Assembly (NCBI GenBank): GCA_030425925.1
Contig: JAUHZO010000002.1
Location: 262,541 to 326,540 of the forward strand
Reading direction: 5' to 3'
Length of the DNA: 64,000 nucleotides
Source of the DNA: Alphaproteobacteria bacterium
GTDB lineage: Bacteria; Pseudomonadota; Alphaproteobacteria; Rhodobacterales; Rhodobacteraceae
Shown in pieces: positions 46,567 through 58,543 of this stretch; the first letter of the stretch is position 1, and each line of letters begins with the position of its first letter. Under the pieces are notes generated by a model. It did not search any database and was not told the DNA's origin. It saw only the letters and a program-made list of their open reading frames with translations. A program made the translations under genes and the position numbers.

Positions 46567-47664
46567 ATGGGCTTTCGGATGGGGATCGTGGGGCTGCCCA
46601 ATGTGGGCAAGTCGACGCTGTTCAACGCGCTGACGCGGACGGCGGCGGCGCAGGCGGCGAATTTCCCGTTCTGCACGATCGAGCCCAATGTGGGCGATGT
46701 GGCTGTGCCGGATCCGCGGCTGGACCGGCTGGCGGTTCTGGCGAAATCGGCGCAGGTGATCCCGACGCGGATGACCTTTGTGGACATCGCCGGGCTGGTC
46801 AAGGGTGCCTCCAAGGGCGAGGGGCTGGGCAACCAGTTCCTGGCCAATATCCGCGAGGTCGACGCCATCGCCCATGTGCTGCGCTGTTTCGAGGATGACG
46901 ACGTGACCCATGTGGACGGTCGTGTCGATCCGGTGGCCGATGCCGAAACCATCGAGACCGAGCTGATCATCGCCGACATGGAAAGCCTGGAAAAGCGCCT
47001 GCAGAACATCGTCCGCAAGGTGCGCGGCGGCGACAAGGAGGCGGTGCAGCAGGAACGCCTGATGAAGGCCGCGCTGGCCGCCCTGGAAGAGGGCAGGCCC
47101 GCCCGCGTGGTCGAGGTGGATGCCGAGGACCTCAAGCAGTGGAAGATGCTGCAGCTGCTGACGTCGAAGCCGGTGCTGTATGTCTGCAATGTCGACGAGG
47201 GCGACGCGGCCGAAGGCAACGCGCTGTCGCGCAAGGTGGCCGAGATGGCCGCGGCCGAGGGCAATTCGCATGTCGTGATTTCGGCGCGGATAGAGGAAGA
47301 GATCAGCCAGCTTGACGCCGACGAGGCCGCCGAGTTCCTGGGCGAGCTGGGGCTGGACGAGGCCGGGCTGGACCGGTTGATCAAGGCGGGCTACGCGCTG
47401 TTGGGCCTGCAGACCTATTTCACCGTGGGCCCCAAGGAGGCGCGCGCCTGGACGATCCGCAAGGGCACGCTGGCGCCGCAGGCGGCCGGGGTGATCCACG
47501 GCGATTTCGAAAAGGGCTTTATCCGGGCCGAAACCATCGCCTTTGACGATTACATCGCCGCAGGCAGCGAGACCGCGGCGAAAGAGGCGGGCAAGATGCG
47601 CGCCGAAGGCAAGGGCTACGAGGTGCAGGACGGCGACGTGCTGCACTTCCTGTTCAACACCTGA
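46567..47664 (+). CDS. ychF: Redox-regulated ribosome-binding ATPase YchF
   Basis: G1 motif GLPNVGKST, NxxD, and a C-terminal TGS domain. 366 aa. Confidence 0.9.
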   Translation: MGFRMGIVGLPNVGKSTLFNALTRTAAAQAANFPFCTIEPNVGDVAVPDPRLDRLAVLAKSAQVIPTRMTFVDIAGLVKGASKGEGLGNQFLANIREVDAIAHVLRCFEDDDVTHVDGRVDPVADAETIETELIIADMESLEKRLQNIVRKVRGGDKEAVQQERLMKAALAALEEGRPARVVEVDAEDLKQWKMLQLLTSKPVLYVCNVDEGDAAEGNALSRKVAEMAAAEGNSHVVISARIEEEISQLDADEAAEFLGELGLDEAGLDRLIKAGYALLGLQTYFTVGPKEARAWTIRKGTLAPQAAGVIHGDFEKGFIRAETIAFDDYIAAGSETAAKEAGKMRAEGKGYEVQDGDVLHFLFNT

Positions 47665-47680
47665 TCCTGAACGGCTGGCG

Positions 47681-48169
47681 CTATCCCTGGCGTTCGGTGG
47701 CGCGCTGGATGTCGCCGCCGTCCAGCACCGGGGCTGCGTCCATGTCCTCGGCATCCAGCATGGCGGCCACGCGTTCCAGGCTGGCCACCAGCATCGCCTG
47801 TTCCCAGTCCTGCATCGCCGAGAACTTGCGCACAAAGCGTTGCTGCAGCGGGTCGGGCGCGGTGTCGAGCGTGTCGCGGCCGCGGGCGGTGATGTGGATG
47901 TTGGTCTGACGCCGGTCCAGCGCGGATTTCTCGCGCAGCACCATGCCGTCGCGCACCAGCTTGTCCACCAGCGAGGTCACCGTGGCCTGCGACACCCGCA
48001 TGCGTTGCGAGATTGCCTTGGCGGTGGCCTGACCGGTTTCACCGATGATCTGCAGGACCCGAAACTGCACCGCCGTCACCCCGGCGGTCTGCTTCAGCTC
48101 GCGCCCGAACAGGTCGGTGGCGCGCAGGATGCGGCGCAGGGCGATCAGGCTGCTGTCGACACGGTCCAT
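47681..48169 (-). CDS. ectR: MarR-family transcriptional regulator, divergent from ectA (EctR-type)
   Basis: MarR winged HTH (QFRVLQIIGETGQATAKAISQRMRVSQATVTSLVDKLVRDGMV). Its position upstream of, and divergent from, ectABC matches EctR. Confidence 0.7.
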   Translation of the reverse strand: MDRVDSSLIALRRILRATDLFGRELKQTAGVTAVQFRVLQIIGETGQATAKAISQRMRVSQATVTSLVDKLVRDGMVLREKSALDRRQTNIHITARGRDTLDTAPDPLQQRFVRKFSAMQDWEQAMLVASLERVAAMLDAEDMDAAPVLDGGDIQRATERQG

Positions 48170-48403
48170 GGCTGGGTCCGGGCTGGGAAGACGATGCTTC
48201 GGATGACTAAGCATATGTGATGTTGTGGAAAAACGCAAGCACCGCTTGCTTCGGTAATCAAAGTTAATCTTTGTCGTTTTTCGGCCTCCATGCGGCGAAT
48301 GGGCGCGATTGCGACGTGATGTGTTGGATATTTGTTTAGCCTGTTGAAATTTCCGTGGTGCTGCGTTATATCGCCTCTCGAAGCAATCAAGGAGCGCCGA
48401 TCC

Positions 48404-48937
48404 ATGCAACATCCCCGCGACATCGCCAGAGCCGCCGTGCCCAGCCTGCGCAAGCCGCGCAGCGCGGACGGAGCCGCCATCTGGGAGCTGGTGCGCGCGT
48501 GCAAGCCGCTCGACGAGAACTCGATGTATTGCAACCTGATCCAGTGCGACCACTTTGCCGAAACCTGCGTGATTGCCGAGCAGAACGGGCAGGCGGTGGG
48601 CTGGGTGTCGGCCTATGTCATGCCGAACGATCCCGAAACGCTGTTTGTCTGGCAGGTGGCGGTGGACCGCAAGGCGCGCGGGCTGGGGCTGGGCGCACTG
48701 ATGCTGCAAAGCATCCTGGCCCGTCCGGCCTGCCGCGACGTGCGCCGCGTGCAGACCACGATCACCAGCGACAACGAGGCCTCGTGGGCGCTGTTCCGCA
48801 AGTTCGGCCGCATCCAGGGCAGTGCGCTGGACGTCCAGCCGTACTACACGCAATCGCTGCACTTCCATAACCGCCACAAGACGGAAAATCTCGTGACCAT
48901 TCCGCTGCGCACGGCGCTGCAGCGCGTGGCGGCCTGA
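48404..48937 (+). CDS. ectA: L-2,4-diaminobutyrate acetyltransferase
   Basis: GNAT fold. First gene of the ectABC-ask operon. AAGGAG RBS. Confidence 0.9.
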   Translation: MQHPRDIARAAVPSLRKPRSADGAAIWELVRACKPLDENSMYCNLIQCDHFAETCVIAEQNGQAVGWVSAYVMPNDPETLFVWQVAVDRKARGLGLGALMLQSILARPACRDVRRVQTTITSDNEASWALFRKFGRIQGSALDVQPYYTQSLHFHNRHKTENLVTIPLRTALQRVAA

Positions 48938-49059
48938 GCCGCCCGGCACCGGCCCCTTTCCGGCCCGCAGAGCTGGCCTGAACCGGCCCGAGAGGCCGCC
49001 CTGCCGGGCGGCCCCGCCGCCTCCCTTTCCCCCACACCCTGAACAGATGAAGAGGTCGT

Positions 49060-50346
49060 ATGTCTACGAACACCTCCCGCACCGCCATTTTCACACGCCG
49101 CGAATCCGAGGCGCGCAGCTATTGCCGCGGCTTCGACACGGTCTTTACCTCGGCCCGCGGCTCGGAAATGACCGATGAGTCCGGCCGCACCCAAATCGAC
49201 TTTCTGGCCGGCTGTTCCTCGCTGAACTACGGGCACAACGATCCCGACATGAAGGCCGCGCTGATGGCGCATCTGGCCGAGGACGGGATCGCCCACGGGC
49301 TGGACCTGCACACCGGGGCCAAGGCGGCCTTTCTCGACGCGTTCGAGCGGCACATCCTTCAGCCGCGCGGAATGGATCACCGGCTGATGTTCACCGGCCC
49401 CACCGGTGCCAACGCGGTGGAGGCGGCGATGAAGATCGCCCGCAAGGTCACCGGCCGCCAGAACGTGATCGCCTTTACCAACGGGTTTCACGGCGTGACC
49501 CAGGGCGCGCTGGCCGCCACCGGCAATGGCTATCACCGCGGCGGCGCCGGCATGGCGCTGAGCGGCGTGACCCGGCTGCCTTTCGACGGCTACATGGGCA
49601 CCGACACCGACACCGCGGATCTGCTTGCGGCGATGCTGGGCGATGCGTCGTCGGGCCTTGACGCGCCGGCGGCCATCCTGGTCGAGACGGTGCAGGGCGA
49701 AGGCGGGCTGAACGCGGCGCGGGCCGAATGGCTGCGCCGGGTGGCCGACCTGGCCCATGCGCATGGCGCGCTGTTGATCGTCGATGACATCCAGGCCGGC
49801 TGTGGCCGGACGGGGACGTTCTTTTCCTTCGAGAAGATGGGCTTTGTTCCCGATATCGTGACGCTGGCGAAATCGGTGTCGGGCTTTGGCCTGCCGATGG
49901 CGCTGGTGCTGGTGCGGCCCGACCATGACGTGATGGGCCCGGCCGAGCACAACGGCACCTTTCGCGGCAACACCCATGCCTTTGTCACCGCCCGCGTGGC
50001 GATCGAGAAGTTCTGGGCCGAACCGGGGTTCGAGGCCGACATCGCCCGCCGGGCCGGGATGGTGGAGGCCGGGCTGCGCCAGATCGCGGCGATGGTGCCG
50101 GGCGCGCGGCTGAAGGGGCGCGGGATGATGCGCGGGGTCGATGTCGGCTCGGGCGCGCTGGCTGGCGACATCTGCGCGCGCGCCTTTGCCCGCGGCCTGA
50201 TCGTCGAGACCTCGGGCCCAGAGGACGAGGTGGTCAAGATCCTCGCCCCGCTGACGACGCCCGACGCGCTGTTGCAGCAGGGGCTGGACATCCTGATCGC
50301 CGCCGCGCGCGAGGCCACCGGCGCGGCGCGCCTGGCAGCGGAGTAA
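49060..50346 (+). CDS. ectB: Diaminobutyrate--2-oxoglutarate transaminase
   Basis: Class-III aminotransferase with a PLP-lysine region. 428 aa. Confidence 0.9.
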   Translation: MSTNTSRTAIFTRRESEARSYCRGFDTVFTSARGSEMTDESGRTQIDFLAGCSSLNYGHNDPDMKAALMAHLAEDGIAHGLDLHTGAKAAFLDAFERHILQPRGMDHRLMFTGPTGANAVEAAMKIARKVTGRQNVIAFTNGFHGVTQGALAATGNGYHRGGAGMALSGVTRLPFDGYMGTDTDTADLLAAMLGDASSGLDAPAAILVETVQGEGGLNAARAEWLRRVADLAHAHGALLIVDDIQAGCGRTGTFFSFEKMGFVPDIVTLAKSVSGFGLPMALVLVRPDHDVMGPAEHNGTFRGNTHAFVTARVAIEKFWAEPGFEADIARRAGMVEAGLRQIAAMVPGARLKGRGMMRGVDVGSGALAGDICARAFARGLIVETSGPEDEVVKILAPLTTPDALLQQGLDILIAAAREATGAARLAAE

Positions 50347-50351
50347 TCCCG

Positions 50352-50753
50352 ATGATCGTGCGCGACTTTGATGAGATCACCCGCAACGACCCGGAGCGCG
50401 TCGTGTCCGACGCGCAATGGTCCAGCGTGCGGATGTTGCTGGCCGAGGACGGGATGGGGTTTTCGTTTCACATCACCTTTCTCGAAGCCGGCTCCGAACA
50501 CACGTTCGAGTACAAGAACCATTTCGAGAGCGTCTACTGCATGCAGGGCACCGGTTCGATCACCGATCTGGCAACCGGGAAAACCCATGCCATCCGCCCC
50601 GGCGTGATGTACGCGCTCGACAAGCACGACCGCCACACCCTGCGGGCCGACGAAGAGCTGGTGATGGCCTGTTGTTTCAACCCGCCGGTGACAGGGCGCG
50701 AGGTGCACCGCGCGGACGGCTCTTACGCCGCGCCCGAGGATGCAGAGGCCTGA
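50352..50753 (+). CDS. ectC: L-ectoine synthase
   Basis: 133-aa cupin with the conserved EctC core ([25 protein letters not shown]). Confidence 0.9.
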   Translation: MIVRDFDEITRNDPERVVSDAQWSSVRMLLAEDGMGFSFHITFLEAGSEHTFEYKNHFESVYCMQGTGSITDLATGKTHAIRPGVMYALDKHDRHTLRADEELVMACCFNPPVTGREVHRADGSYAAPEDAEA

Positions 50754-50756
50754 CCC

Positions 50757-52178
50757 ATGACCCATACCGTGGAAAAGATCGGCGGGACGTCCATGTCCCG
50801 CCTCGACGAATTGCGCGACACCCTGTTCACCGATGGCGGCACGCCGCGCTATGGGCGGGTGTTTGTCGTGTCGGCCTTTGGCGGCATCACCAACCTGCTG
50901 CTGGAGCACAAGAAGACGGGTGAGGCCGGGGTATATGCCCGCTTTGCCAATGCCGATGACGATCATGGCTGGCACGAGGCGCTCAGCCGCACCGCCAGCG
51001 CCATGATCGCGGCGCATGAAGCGGTGCTGGACCATCCCGGCGACGTCGAACAGGCCACCGCCTTCGTGCAGGAGCGCATCGAGGGCGCGCGCAACTGCCT
51101 GATCGACCTGCAGAGGCTGTGCTCCTACGGGCATTTCCGCCTGAGCGCGCACTTGCTGCAGATCCGCGAACTGCTGTCGGGACTGGGCGAGGCGCATTCG
51201 GCGCTGGTGGCCACGCTGATGCTGCAGCGTGCCGGGGTGAACGCCCGTGCCGTCGATCTGTCGGGCTGGCGCGACGAGACCGAATTGACGCTGGAAGAGC
51301 GCATCCTGGGCGCCATGCAGGGCATCGACCCGGCCGAGGAAATGCCCATCGTCACCGGCTATGCGCAGTGCCGCGAGGGGCTGATGCGGGCCTATGACCG
51401 CGGCTATTCCGAAGTGACCTTTTCGCAGCTGGCGGCGCTGACCGGCGCGCGCGAGGCGATCATCCACAAGGAATTCCACCTGTCCTCGGCCGATCCGAAC
51501 CTGGTGGGAGCGGACGAGGTGCGCAAGCTGGGCCACACCAATTACGACGTGGCCGACCAGATGGCCAATCTGGGGATGGAGGCGATCCACCCCTCGGCCG
51601 CCAAGACGCTGCGCCAGGCCGGTGTGCCGCTGCGCGTCACCAACGCTTTCGAACCCGACGATCCGGGCACCGTGATCGACGACCGGCCCGCCGAGGCCCC
51701 GGCGGTGGAGATCGTGACCGGTCTTGACGTGATCGCCTTTGAACTGTTCGAGCAGGACATGGTGGGGGTCAAGGGCTATGACGCGGCGATCCTGGAGGCG
51801 CTGACACGGCACGACGTGCGCATCGTCTCGAAAGTGTCCAACGCCAATACCGTCACGCATTACGTCGACGCCTCGCTGAAAGCGCTGCGCCGGGTCGAGG
51901 CGGATCTGGTGCAGCGCTATCCGCAGGCGCAGATCCACCTGCGCAAGCTGGCGCTGGTGTCGGTTCTGGGCCGCGACCTGTCCGGGCTGGGCACGCTGTC
52001 CCGCGGGCTGCAGGCGCTGGGCGAGGCCGGGCTCGACGTGCTGGGGGCCACCCAGGGCCCGCGCAATGTCGACACCCAGATCGTGGTGGCGCGGAACGAC
52101 CTGCCCGAGGTGATCCGCTGCCTGCACGCGGCCTTCATCGGCACCGGACCACGCGCCGCCATGACCATCGCCGCCTGA
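50757..52178 (+). CDS. ask: Aspartate kinase, ectoine-operon-associated (Ask_Ect)
   Basis: Amino-acid-kinase domain (KIGGTS) plus C-terminal ACT domains. Follows ectC directly. Confidence 0.85.
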   Translation: MTHTVEKIGGTSMSRLDELRDTLFTDGGTPRYGRVFVVSAFGGITNLLLEHKKTGEAGVYARFANADDDHGWHEALSRTASAMIAAHEAVLDHPGDVEQATAFVQERIEGARNCLIDLQRLCSYGHFRLSAHLLQIRELLSGLGEAHSALVATLMLQRAGVNARAVDLSGWRDETELTLEERILGAMQGIDPAEEMPIVTGYAQCREGLMRAYDRGYSEVTFSQLAALTGAREAIIHKEFHLSSADPNLVGADEVRKLGHTNYDVADQMANLGMEAIHPSAAKTLRQAGVPLRVTNAFEPDDPGTVIDDRPAEAPAVEIVTGLDVIAFELFEQDMVGVKGYDAAILEALTRHDVRIVSKVSNANTVTHYVDASLKALRRVEADLVQRYPQAQIHLRKLALVSVLGRDLSGLGTLSRGLQALGEAGLDVLGATQGPRNVDTQIVVARNDLPEVIRCLHAAFIGTGPRAAMTIAA

Positions 52179-52235
52179 GCCTCGGGCCATGCAGGGCCGC
52201 CCTTGCCATGGCAGCCCCAAGGGCACGCGGGCGCG

Positions 52236-53612
52236 TCAGCCCGCGCCCAGCACCTCGGTCACCGCCGCCTGCAGCTTGCCGGCGATCTCGTCGGCCTCGG
52301 CGCGGGTCAGGCAGAATGGCGGGGCAAAGCCCAGGATGTCGCCCTGGGGCATGGCCCGGGCGATCACGCCGCGCTCCAGCAGGGCCGCGGCCAGCCGCGG
52401 GCCGACCTTGTCTGCCGGATCGAAGAACACGCGGTTGTCGCGGTCGGCGACAAACTCGACGGCGCAAAGCAGCCCCTCGCCGCGCACCTCGCCGACATGG
52501 GCGTGTGCGCCCACGGCGTCCTGCAGGGCGGCCTTGAAATAGGCACCGACAGCGCCGGCATTGTCGATCAGCTTCAGGTCGTCGATCAGTTTCAGGTTGG
52601 CCACCCCGGCCGCGGCCCCCACGGGATGGGCGGAATAGGTCCAGCCATGTCCGATGGGCCCGTTCTCGTCGGTGCCCTGTTCCAGCACCGCCCAGACCTT
52701 GTCGCCCACGATGCTGCCCGACAGCGGCGCATAGGCCGATGTGAGGCCCTTGGCGATGGTGATGATGTCCGGCGCGATGCCGTAGTGGTCCGAGCCGAAC
52801 ATGCTGCCCAGACGCCCGAAGCCGGTGACCACCTCGTCGGCGATCAGCAGGATGTCGTGGCGCGCCAGCACCTCCTGGATGGCGGCCCAGTAACCCGCGG
52901 GCGGCGGCACCAGCCCGCCGGTGCCCAGTGCCGGTTCCCCGATGAAGGCGGCGATGGTGTCGGCCCCCTCGCGGGCGATCAGCGCCTCAAGCTCGGCCAC
53001 GCAATGGGCGACGAACTGAGCCTCGGATTGCGCCGTGTCGGCGCGGCGGTAGTAATAGGGCGCTTCGGTGTGAAGCACCTGCGCCAGCGGCAGGTCGAAC
53101 TTCTTGTGGAACAGCTCCAGCCCGGTCAGCGAACCGGTCATCAGGCCCGAGCCGTGATAGCCGCGCCAGCGCGAGATGATCTTCTTCTTTTCCGGGCGGC
53201 CCAGGATGTTGTTGTAATACCAGACCAGCTTGATGTTGGTCTCGTTCGCGTCCGAGCCCGAGAGGCCGAAATAGACCTTGCTCATATGCGCGGGCGCACG
53301 GTCCAGCACCATCTTCGCCAGCGTGATCGAGGCTTCGGTGCCGTGCCCGACATAGGCGTGGTAATAGGCCAGTTCACGCGCCTGCGCGGCGATCGCCTCG
53401 GCGATTTCCGGTCGGCCATAGCCCACATTCACGCAGTAGAGCCCGGCAAAGGCGTCCAGCAGGCGGGTGCCGTTGCGATCCTCGATATGGCAGCCCTGGC
53501 CGCGCGCGACGATGCGGTTGGGGCTGTCGCCGCGGGCGTGCTGGGCCAGATGGGTGGAGGGATGAAAGAACGTTTCGCGATCCCAGGCGTCAAGCTGGTC
53601 GTTTCTGAGCAT
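52236..53612 (-). CDS. Class-III (omega) aminotransferase, candidate diaminobutyrate transaminase of ectoine catabolism (DoeD/Atf-like)
   Basis: 458-aa PLP-dependent aminotransferase. Last gene of the ehu-eut transcription unit. Confidence 0.75.
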   Translation of the reverse strand: MLRNDQLDAWDRETFFHPSTHLAQHARGDSPNRIVARGQGCHIEDRNGTRLLDAFAGLYCVNVGYGRPEIAEAIAAQARELAYYHAYVGHGTEASITLAKMVLDRAPAHMSKVYFGLSGSDANETNIKLVWYYNNILGRPEKKKIISRWRGYHGSGLMTGSLTGLELFHKKFDLPLAQVLHTEAPYYYRRADTAQSEAQFVAHCVAELEALIAREGADTIAAFIGEPALGTGGLVPPPAGYWAAIQEVLARHDILLIADEVVTGFGRLGSMFGSDHYGIAPDIITIAKGLTSAYAPLSGSIVGDKVWAVLEQGTDENGPIGHGWTYSAHPVGAAAGVANLKLIDDLKLIDNAGAVGAYFKAALQDAVGAHAHVGEVRGEGLLCAVEFVADRDNRVFFDPADKVGPRLAAALLERGVIARAMPQGDILGFAPPFCLTRAEADEIAGKLQAAVTEVLGAG

Positions 53613-53808
53613 GGCTCACCTATTGTCATGGGCGCGGGCGCGCCGCCGGTTGCGGTGTGGCGAAGCCTGGGGCGCGGTGGCCGGGACCGGCCGAACGGGC
53701 AAGCTCCGCTCTCCCAAACAGCAGCGCGCAATGCCTTTATTGCCTGGGTGCGACGCGCATATCGCAAAACCCGCGCAATGGCCAGTGCCGATGCGGCGGG
53801 GCGGGGCG

Positions 53809-54948
53809 TCACAGCACCGTGGGGCCCATCGGCGTGGTTGTCAGCACCTCGGGGCCGTCCGCGCCCAGCAGCACGCAGTTCGAGACAAAGCAATCGCCGC
53901 GCCCGGTTTCGGTGAACCAGGACATGGCGTGAAAGGTCATGCCCTCGAGGATCTCAAGGTCGCTGTCATGGCGCAGGCCCGTCACCCTGTTGCCGCCGGT
54001 CCAGGACGGGGGAAAGCCGATGCCCACCAGATAGCCGCAATGGTGGCGGCGATAGTGCGGCATGCCCTCCGCGTCCACCACCGCCTGCCAGGCGGCATAG
54101 ACGTCGCGGGCGCGTGCGCCCGGTTTCAGCCCGTCCAGCAGGCCGGCAAAGGCGCGTTGCGCCAGGTCCGCCATCGCGGCGTCTTCGTCGCGGATATGGC
54201 CCAGATGCACGAAGCGTCCCATCGGGGCGTTGTAGCGCGCGACGCAGCCCGCCACTTCGAGCATCACCTTCTCGCCCGCGCGATAAGTCCCGTCGCCCCA
54301 GCTGGTATGCTCTTCGGCGATGCGCGCCTCGGGGCGGATGAACGGGCCGAAGCCCGGCGGCGTGCCGCCCGCGCGGGTCATGGCGGCCAGGCATTCTGCC
54401 GCGACATCGGCCTCTTGCGCGCCGTCATGCAGCGCGGCGATGGCGGCCTGCGTGCCGGCATCCGCGGCCCGCGCGGCGCGGCGCATCAGCGCCCGTTCCT
54501 CGGTGCTCTTGACCAGGCGCAGGGTGTCCACCAGCCCGGTGGCGTCCACGATTTCCCCCGGCACACCGTCCGTCAGCACGGCGGCAAACCCGTGCGCCAG
54601 CCCGGCGGACCAGGTCTCCAGCCCGATGCGCCCGGTCTGGGCGCGCAGATGCGGGTTGGCCAGATCGGCGGCGGTTTCGCTGTCGCTGTGGCCTTCGAAA
54701 CGCGCGTTGCGCACCTGGTTTTCGATGGTGACCCGCTCCATCGCGCGGGTGATCAGCACCAGATCGCCCGCTGCGGGCACCAGCAGCAGGTGCGGCGCGA
54801 AATATCCCCAGTGATCCAGCCCGATCAGGTAAAAGATGTTCTCGGGCGAGGACAGCGCCAGCAGGTCGAGACCGCGCAGGGCCATCTCGGCCCGGACGGC
54901 TATGACACGCCGCGCAAGCTCGGCATCGGAAAAGGGATTGGCGTGCAT
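53809..54948 (-). CDS. M24-family (creatinase/prolidase fold) hydrolase, candidate ectoine hydrolase DoeA/EutD
   Basis: Creatinase-N-like domain plus the M24 pita-bread fold with a metal-ligand His/Glu region (HYRRHHCGYLVGIGF). Positioned after eutC. Confidence 0.7.
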   Translation of the reverse strand: MHANPFSDAELARRVIAVRAEMALRGLDLLALSSPENIFYLIGLDHWGYFAPHLLLVPAAGDLVLITRAMERVTIENQVRNARFEGHSDSETAADLANPHLRAQTGRIGLETWSAGLAHGFAAVLTDGVPGEIVDATGLVDTLRLVKSTEERALMRRAARAADAGTQAAIAALHDGAQEADVAAECLAAMTRAGGTPPGFGPFIRPEARIAEEHTSWGDGTYRAGEKVMLEVAGCVARYNAPMGRFVHLGHIRDEDAAMADLAQRAFAGLLDGLKPGARARDVYAAWQAVVDAEGMPHYRRHHCGYLVGIGFPPSWTGGNRVTGLRHDSDLEILEGMTFHAMSWFTETGRGDCFVSNCVLLGADGPEVLTTTPMGPTVL

Positions 54949-55072
54949 CGGGGCTCCGGTTCACAGGGTGGAGGACAAGGGCAGACAGGGCAGACGGTCG
55001 CGCGCGCGGGCCACGGGGCGATGCGCTCGGCCAGTGTCAGCCCCGCCGCATCGGCCTGGAACACGCCCAGTC

Positions 55073-56059
55073 TCATACCGTGATCCGGTGCCCGGCAGAG
55101 CCCGACACGGCCAGGGCATGGGTGGCGATGGCGGTGTCCTGCGCGCCGGTGCCGGTCAGGTCGCACAGCGTGATGTCGCTCTGGCTGCGGCGACCGGGAT
55201 GGCGGCCGGTGACGATCTCGCCCAGTTCCGGCGGCGTGACATCGGTGAGCAGACCGGCTGCGCGCGCCGCTTCCAGTTCGCCGGACACGGCGCACTGGCT
55301 GACCCGGTCGCATACATAGAGATCGGCGCGCACCAGGGCCTGCGGCGCGATCTCGGTCTTGCCGGCCTGGTCCGAGCCCATGGCGGTGATGTGCAGCCCG
55401 GGATGCAGCCATTCGGCCTGCAGAACGGGCGCGCGTGCCGGGGTGGTGGTGATGACCAGCTGGCTGCGTTGCACCAGCGTTTCGGCATCGGTGGTCACCT
55501 CGGCCTCGATCCCCAGGGTGGCGGCCAGATCGGCGGCGCAGCGCGCGGCGCGCTGCGGGTCGCGCCCGTGCACCAGCACCCGGTCGAAGGGCCGCACCAG
55601 ATGCGCCGCCTGCACCTGCAGCCGCGCCTGCACCCCGGTGCCGATCACGCCCGCGGTGGTGACCTCGTCCGGGGCGAGGTGGCGCGCGGCGACGGCCCCG
55701 GCGGCGGCGGTGCGGATATCGGTCAGATAGCCGTTGTCGAGAAACACCGCCTCGACCATGCCGGTGCGGGCGGAAAACAGGATCATCAGCCCGTTCAGGC
55801 TGGGCAGGCCCAGCCTGGGATTGTCGAAGAAACCCGGGCTGACCTTGATGGCAAAGCCGTCAAGGCCGGGGATATAGGCGGTCTTGACGTCGACCTCGCC
55901 ATTCGCCTGCGGCAGGTCCATGGACAGGATCGGCGGCATCACCACGCCGCCATCGGCCAGCGCGGCAAAGGCCCGTTCCACCACGTCCACCGCGGTCAGG
56001 TCCAGCCCCACGGTCCGGCGCAGATCGGCCTCGGTGACGATGCGGATGTCATGTGCCAT
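55073..56059 (-). CDS. eutC: Ornithine cyclodeaminase / mu-crystallin family protein (EutC-type)
   Basis: NAD-binding Rossmann motif (GVIGTGVQA). 328 aa. Overlaps eutB by 11 bp. Confidence 0.8.
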   Translation of the reverse strand: MAHDIRIVTEADLRRTVGLDLTAVDVVERAFAALADGGVVMPPILSMDLPQANGEVDVKTAYIPGLDGFAIKVSPGFFDNPRLGLPSLNGLMILFSARTGMVEAVFLDNGYLTDIRTAAAGAVAARHLAPDEVTTAGVIGTGVQARLQVQAAHLVRPFDRVLVHGRDPQRAARCAADLAATLGIEAEVTTDAETLVQRSQLVITTTPARAPVLQAEWLHPGLHITAMGSDQAGKTEIAPQALVRADLYVCDRVSQCAVSGELEAARAAGLLTDVTPPELGEIVTGRHPGRRSQSDITLCDLTGTGAQDTAIATHALAVSGSAGHRITV

Positions 56060-57056
56060 AGCGTCTGCCTTTCACAACCGTGTCGCCCAGGCGGATGTCT
56101 TCGCCCGCCATGATCTTGTGAAACATCGCCATGTCGAGATTGCGCCCGGTGATGATGGTGCCCACCGGGCCCGCGGGCGCTGGCAGCTTGCCTGCCAGCG
56201 TGGCCGCCAGCCCCACGACGCAGGCGCCTTCGGCGACGATGCGGTCTTCGTAGAACAGCACCTGCATGGCGTCGCGGATCTCCTCTTCGCTGACCAGCAC
56301 GATGTCGTCCAGCAAGTCGCGGCACAGCGGGAAGGACAGCCGGTTCTGCAGCCCGATCCCGCCGCCCAGCGAATCGGCGAGGCTGGGCACCTCGTCCACC
56401 TCGACCGGGTGGCCGGCCACAAGCGATGCATGCATGGCCGCGCCGCGCTCCATGGTGATGCCGATGACCCGGATCGCGGGGTTGATCGCCTTGGCCGCCA
56501 CCGCCACGCCCGCGGCCAGCCCGCCGCCCGACAACGGCACCAGCAGGGTGTGCAGGTCGGGTCGCGCTTCGAGCATTTCCAGCCCGATGGTGCCCTGTCC
56601 CGCGATCACCAGCGGATCGTCGAAGGGCGAGATCTCGGCCAGCCCCTCGGCCGCCACCAGCCGCTGGCTTTCGGCCAGCGCGTCGTCCTGGCAGGTGCCG
56701 CAGATGCGGATCTCGGCCCCCAGCGCGCGGATGCCGTCGATCTTGGCCTGCGGCACCAAAGAGGACATGCAGATCACCGCCCGCAGCCCGCGGCGCCGGG
56801 CGGCATAGGCCACGCCGCGCCCGTGATTGCCGGTCGAGCAGCAGGTGACTCCGGCGCTGCCCGCGGGCAGGCCCATCACGGCGTTATACGCCCCGCGCAG
56901 CTTGAACGCGCCGATGGGCTGCATGTTTTCGAGCTTGAGCAGGAAATCCTGCCCGCACACGCCGCTCATGTAGGGCGAGGGCACGAAAGGTGTGGCGTCG
57001 GCCACGCCGCGGATCACGCGCCGCGCCGCCAGAATGTCGCTCAGCGCCAGTCCCAT
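56049..57056 (-). CDS. eutB: Threonine-dehydratase-like PLP enzyme (hydroxyectoine utilisation dehydratase EutB-type)
   Basis: PLP-lysine motif (PIGAFKLRGA) and a Gly-rich loop (SGGGLAAG). Confidence 0.8.
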   Translation of the reverse strand: MGLALSDILAARRVIRGVADATPFVPSPYMSGVCGQDFLLKLENMQPIGAFKLRGAYNAVMGLPAGSAGVTCCSTGNHGRGVAYAARRRGLRAVICMSSLVPQAKIDGIRALGAEIRICGTCQDDALAESQRLVAAEGLAEISPFDDPLVIAGQGTIGLEMLEARPDLHTLLVPLSGGGLAAGVAVAAKAINPAIRVIGITMERGAAMHASLVAGHPVEVDEVPSLADSLGGGIGLQNRLSFPLCRDLLDDIVLVSEEEIRDAMQVLFYEDRIVAEGACVVGLAATLAGKLPAPAGPVGTIITGRNLDMAMFHKIMAGEDIRLGDTVVKGRRYGT

Positions 57057-57059
57057 GCG

Positions 57060-57871
<812 letters not shown>

Positions 57872-57872
<1 letters not shown>

Positions 57873-58540
57873 CAGGACAGCCCCAGTTTCTTGCGCACCC
57901 AGGTTTCGAACACCCGGATCAGAGCCGCCGAAGGCAGCGAAATGGCCAGGAAGATCAGCCCGACCAGCGTGTAGGGTTCGAGAAAGCGGTAATGCTCGGA
58001 CCCGATGGCGTTGGCGGCATGCATCAGTTCGGCCACGCCGATCACCGACAGCATCGGCGTGTCCTTGAAGATGCCCACAAGGTAGTTGCCCATGCCTGCC
58101 AGCGCCGGGGGCAGGGCCTGCGGGATGATCACCCGGACATAGGTGTCGCGGGTGGACATGCTGAGCGAACGGCAGGCCTCCCACTGGCCTTTGGGCACGC
58201 TTTCGATCCCGCCGCGATAGACCTCGGAGAGATAGGCGGCATAGTGCAGCCCGATGGCGATCATGCCGCTGGTCCAGGGGCTGAGACGGATGCCGAATTG
58301 CGGCGCGACGTAGAACACGAAGAAGATCTGCAGCACCAGCGGGGTGGAGCGGATGAACTCGACGAATTCGCGCACCACGAAGGTAAGCAGGCGCAGCGGC
58401 GTGCGCTGTGCCAGCGCCAGCACAAGGCCCAGCACGATGGCGATGGCATAGCCGCCGCCTGCGGCCATCAGCGTGTTCAGCGTGGCCCATCCCAGCCGCG
58501 GCAGGATTTCGAAGGCAAAGTCCCATTTCCAGTCGAACAT
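57872..58540 (-). CDS. ehuD: Ectoine/hydroxyectoine ABC transporter permease
   Basis: His/Glu/Gln/Arg/opine-family permease with the EAA loop. Start and stop overlap ehuA. Confidence 0.8.
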
Positions 58541-58543
58541 GGT

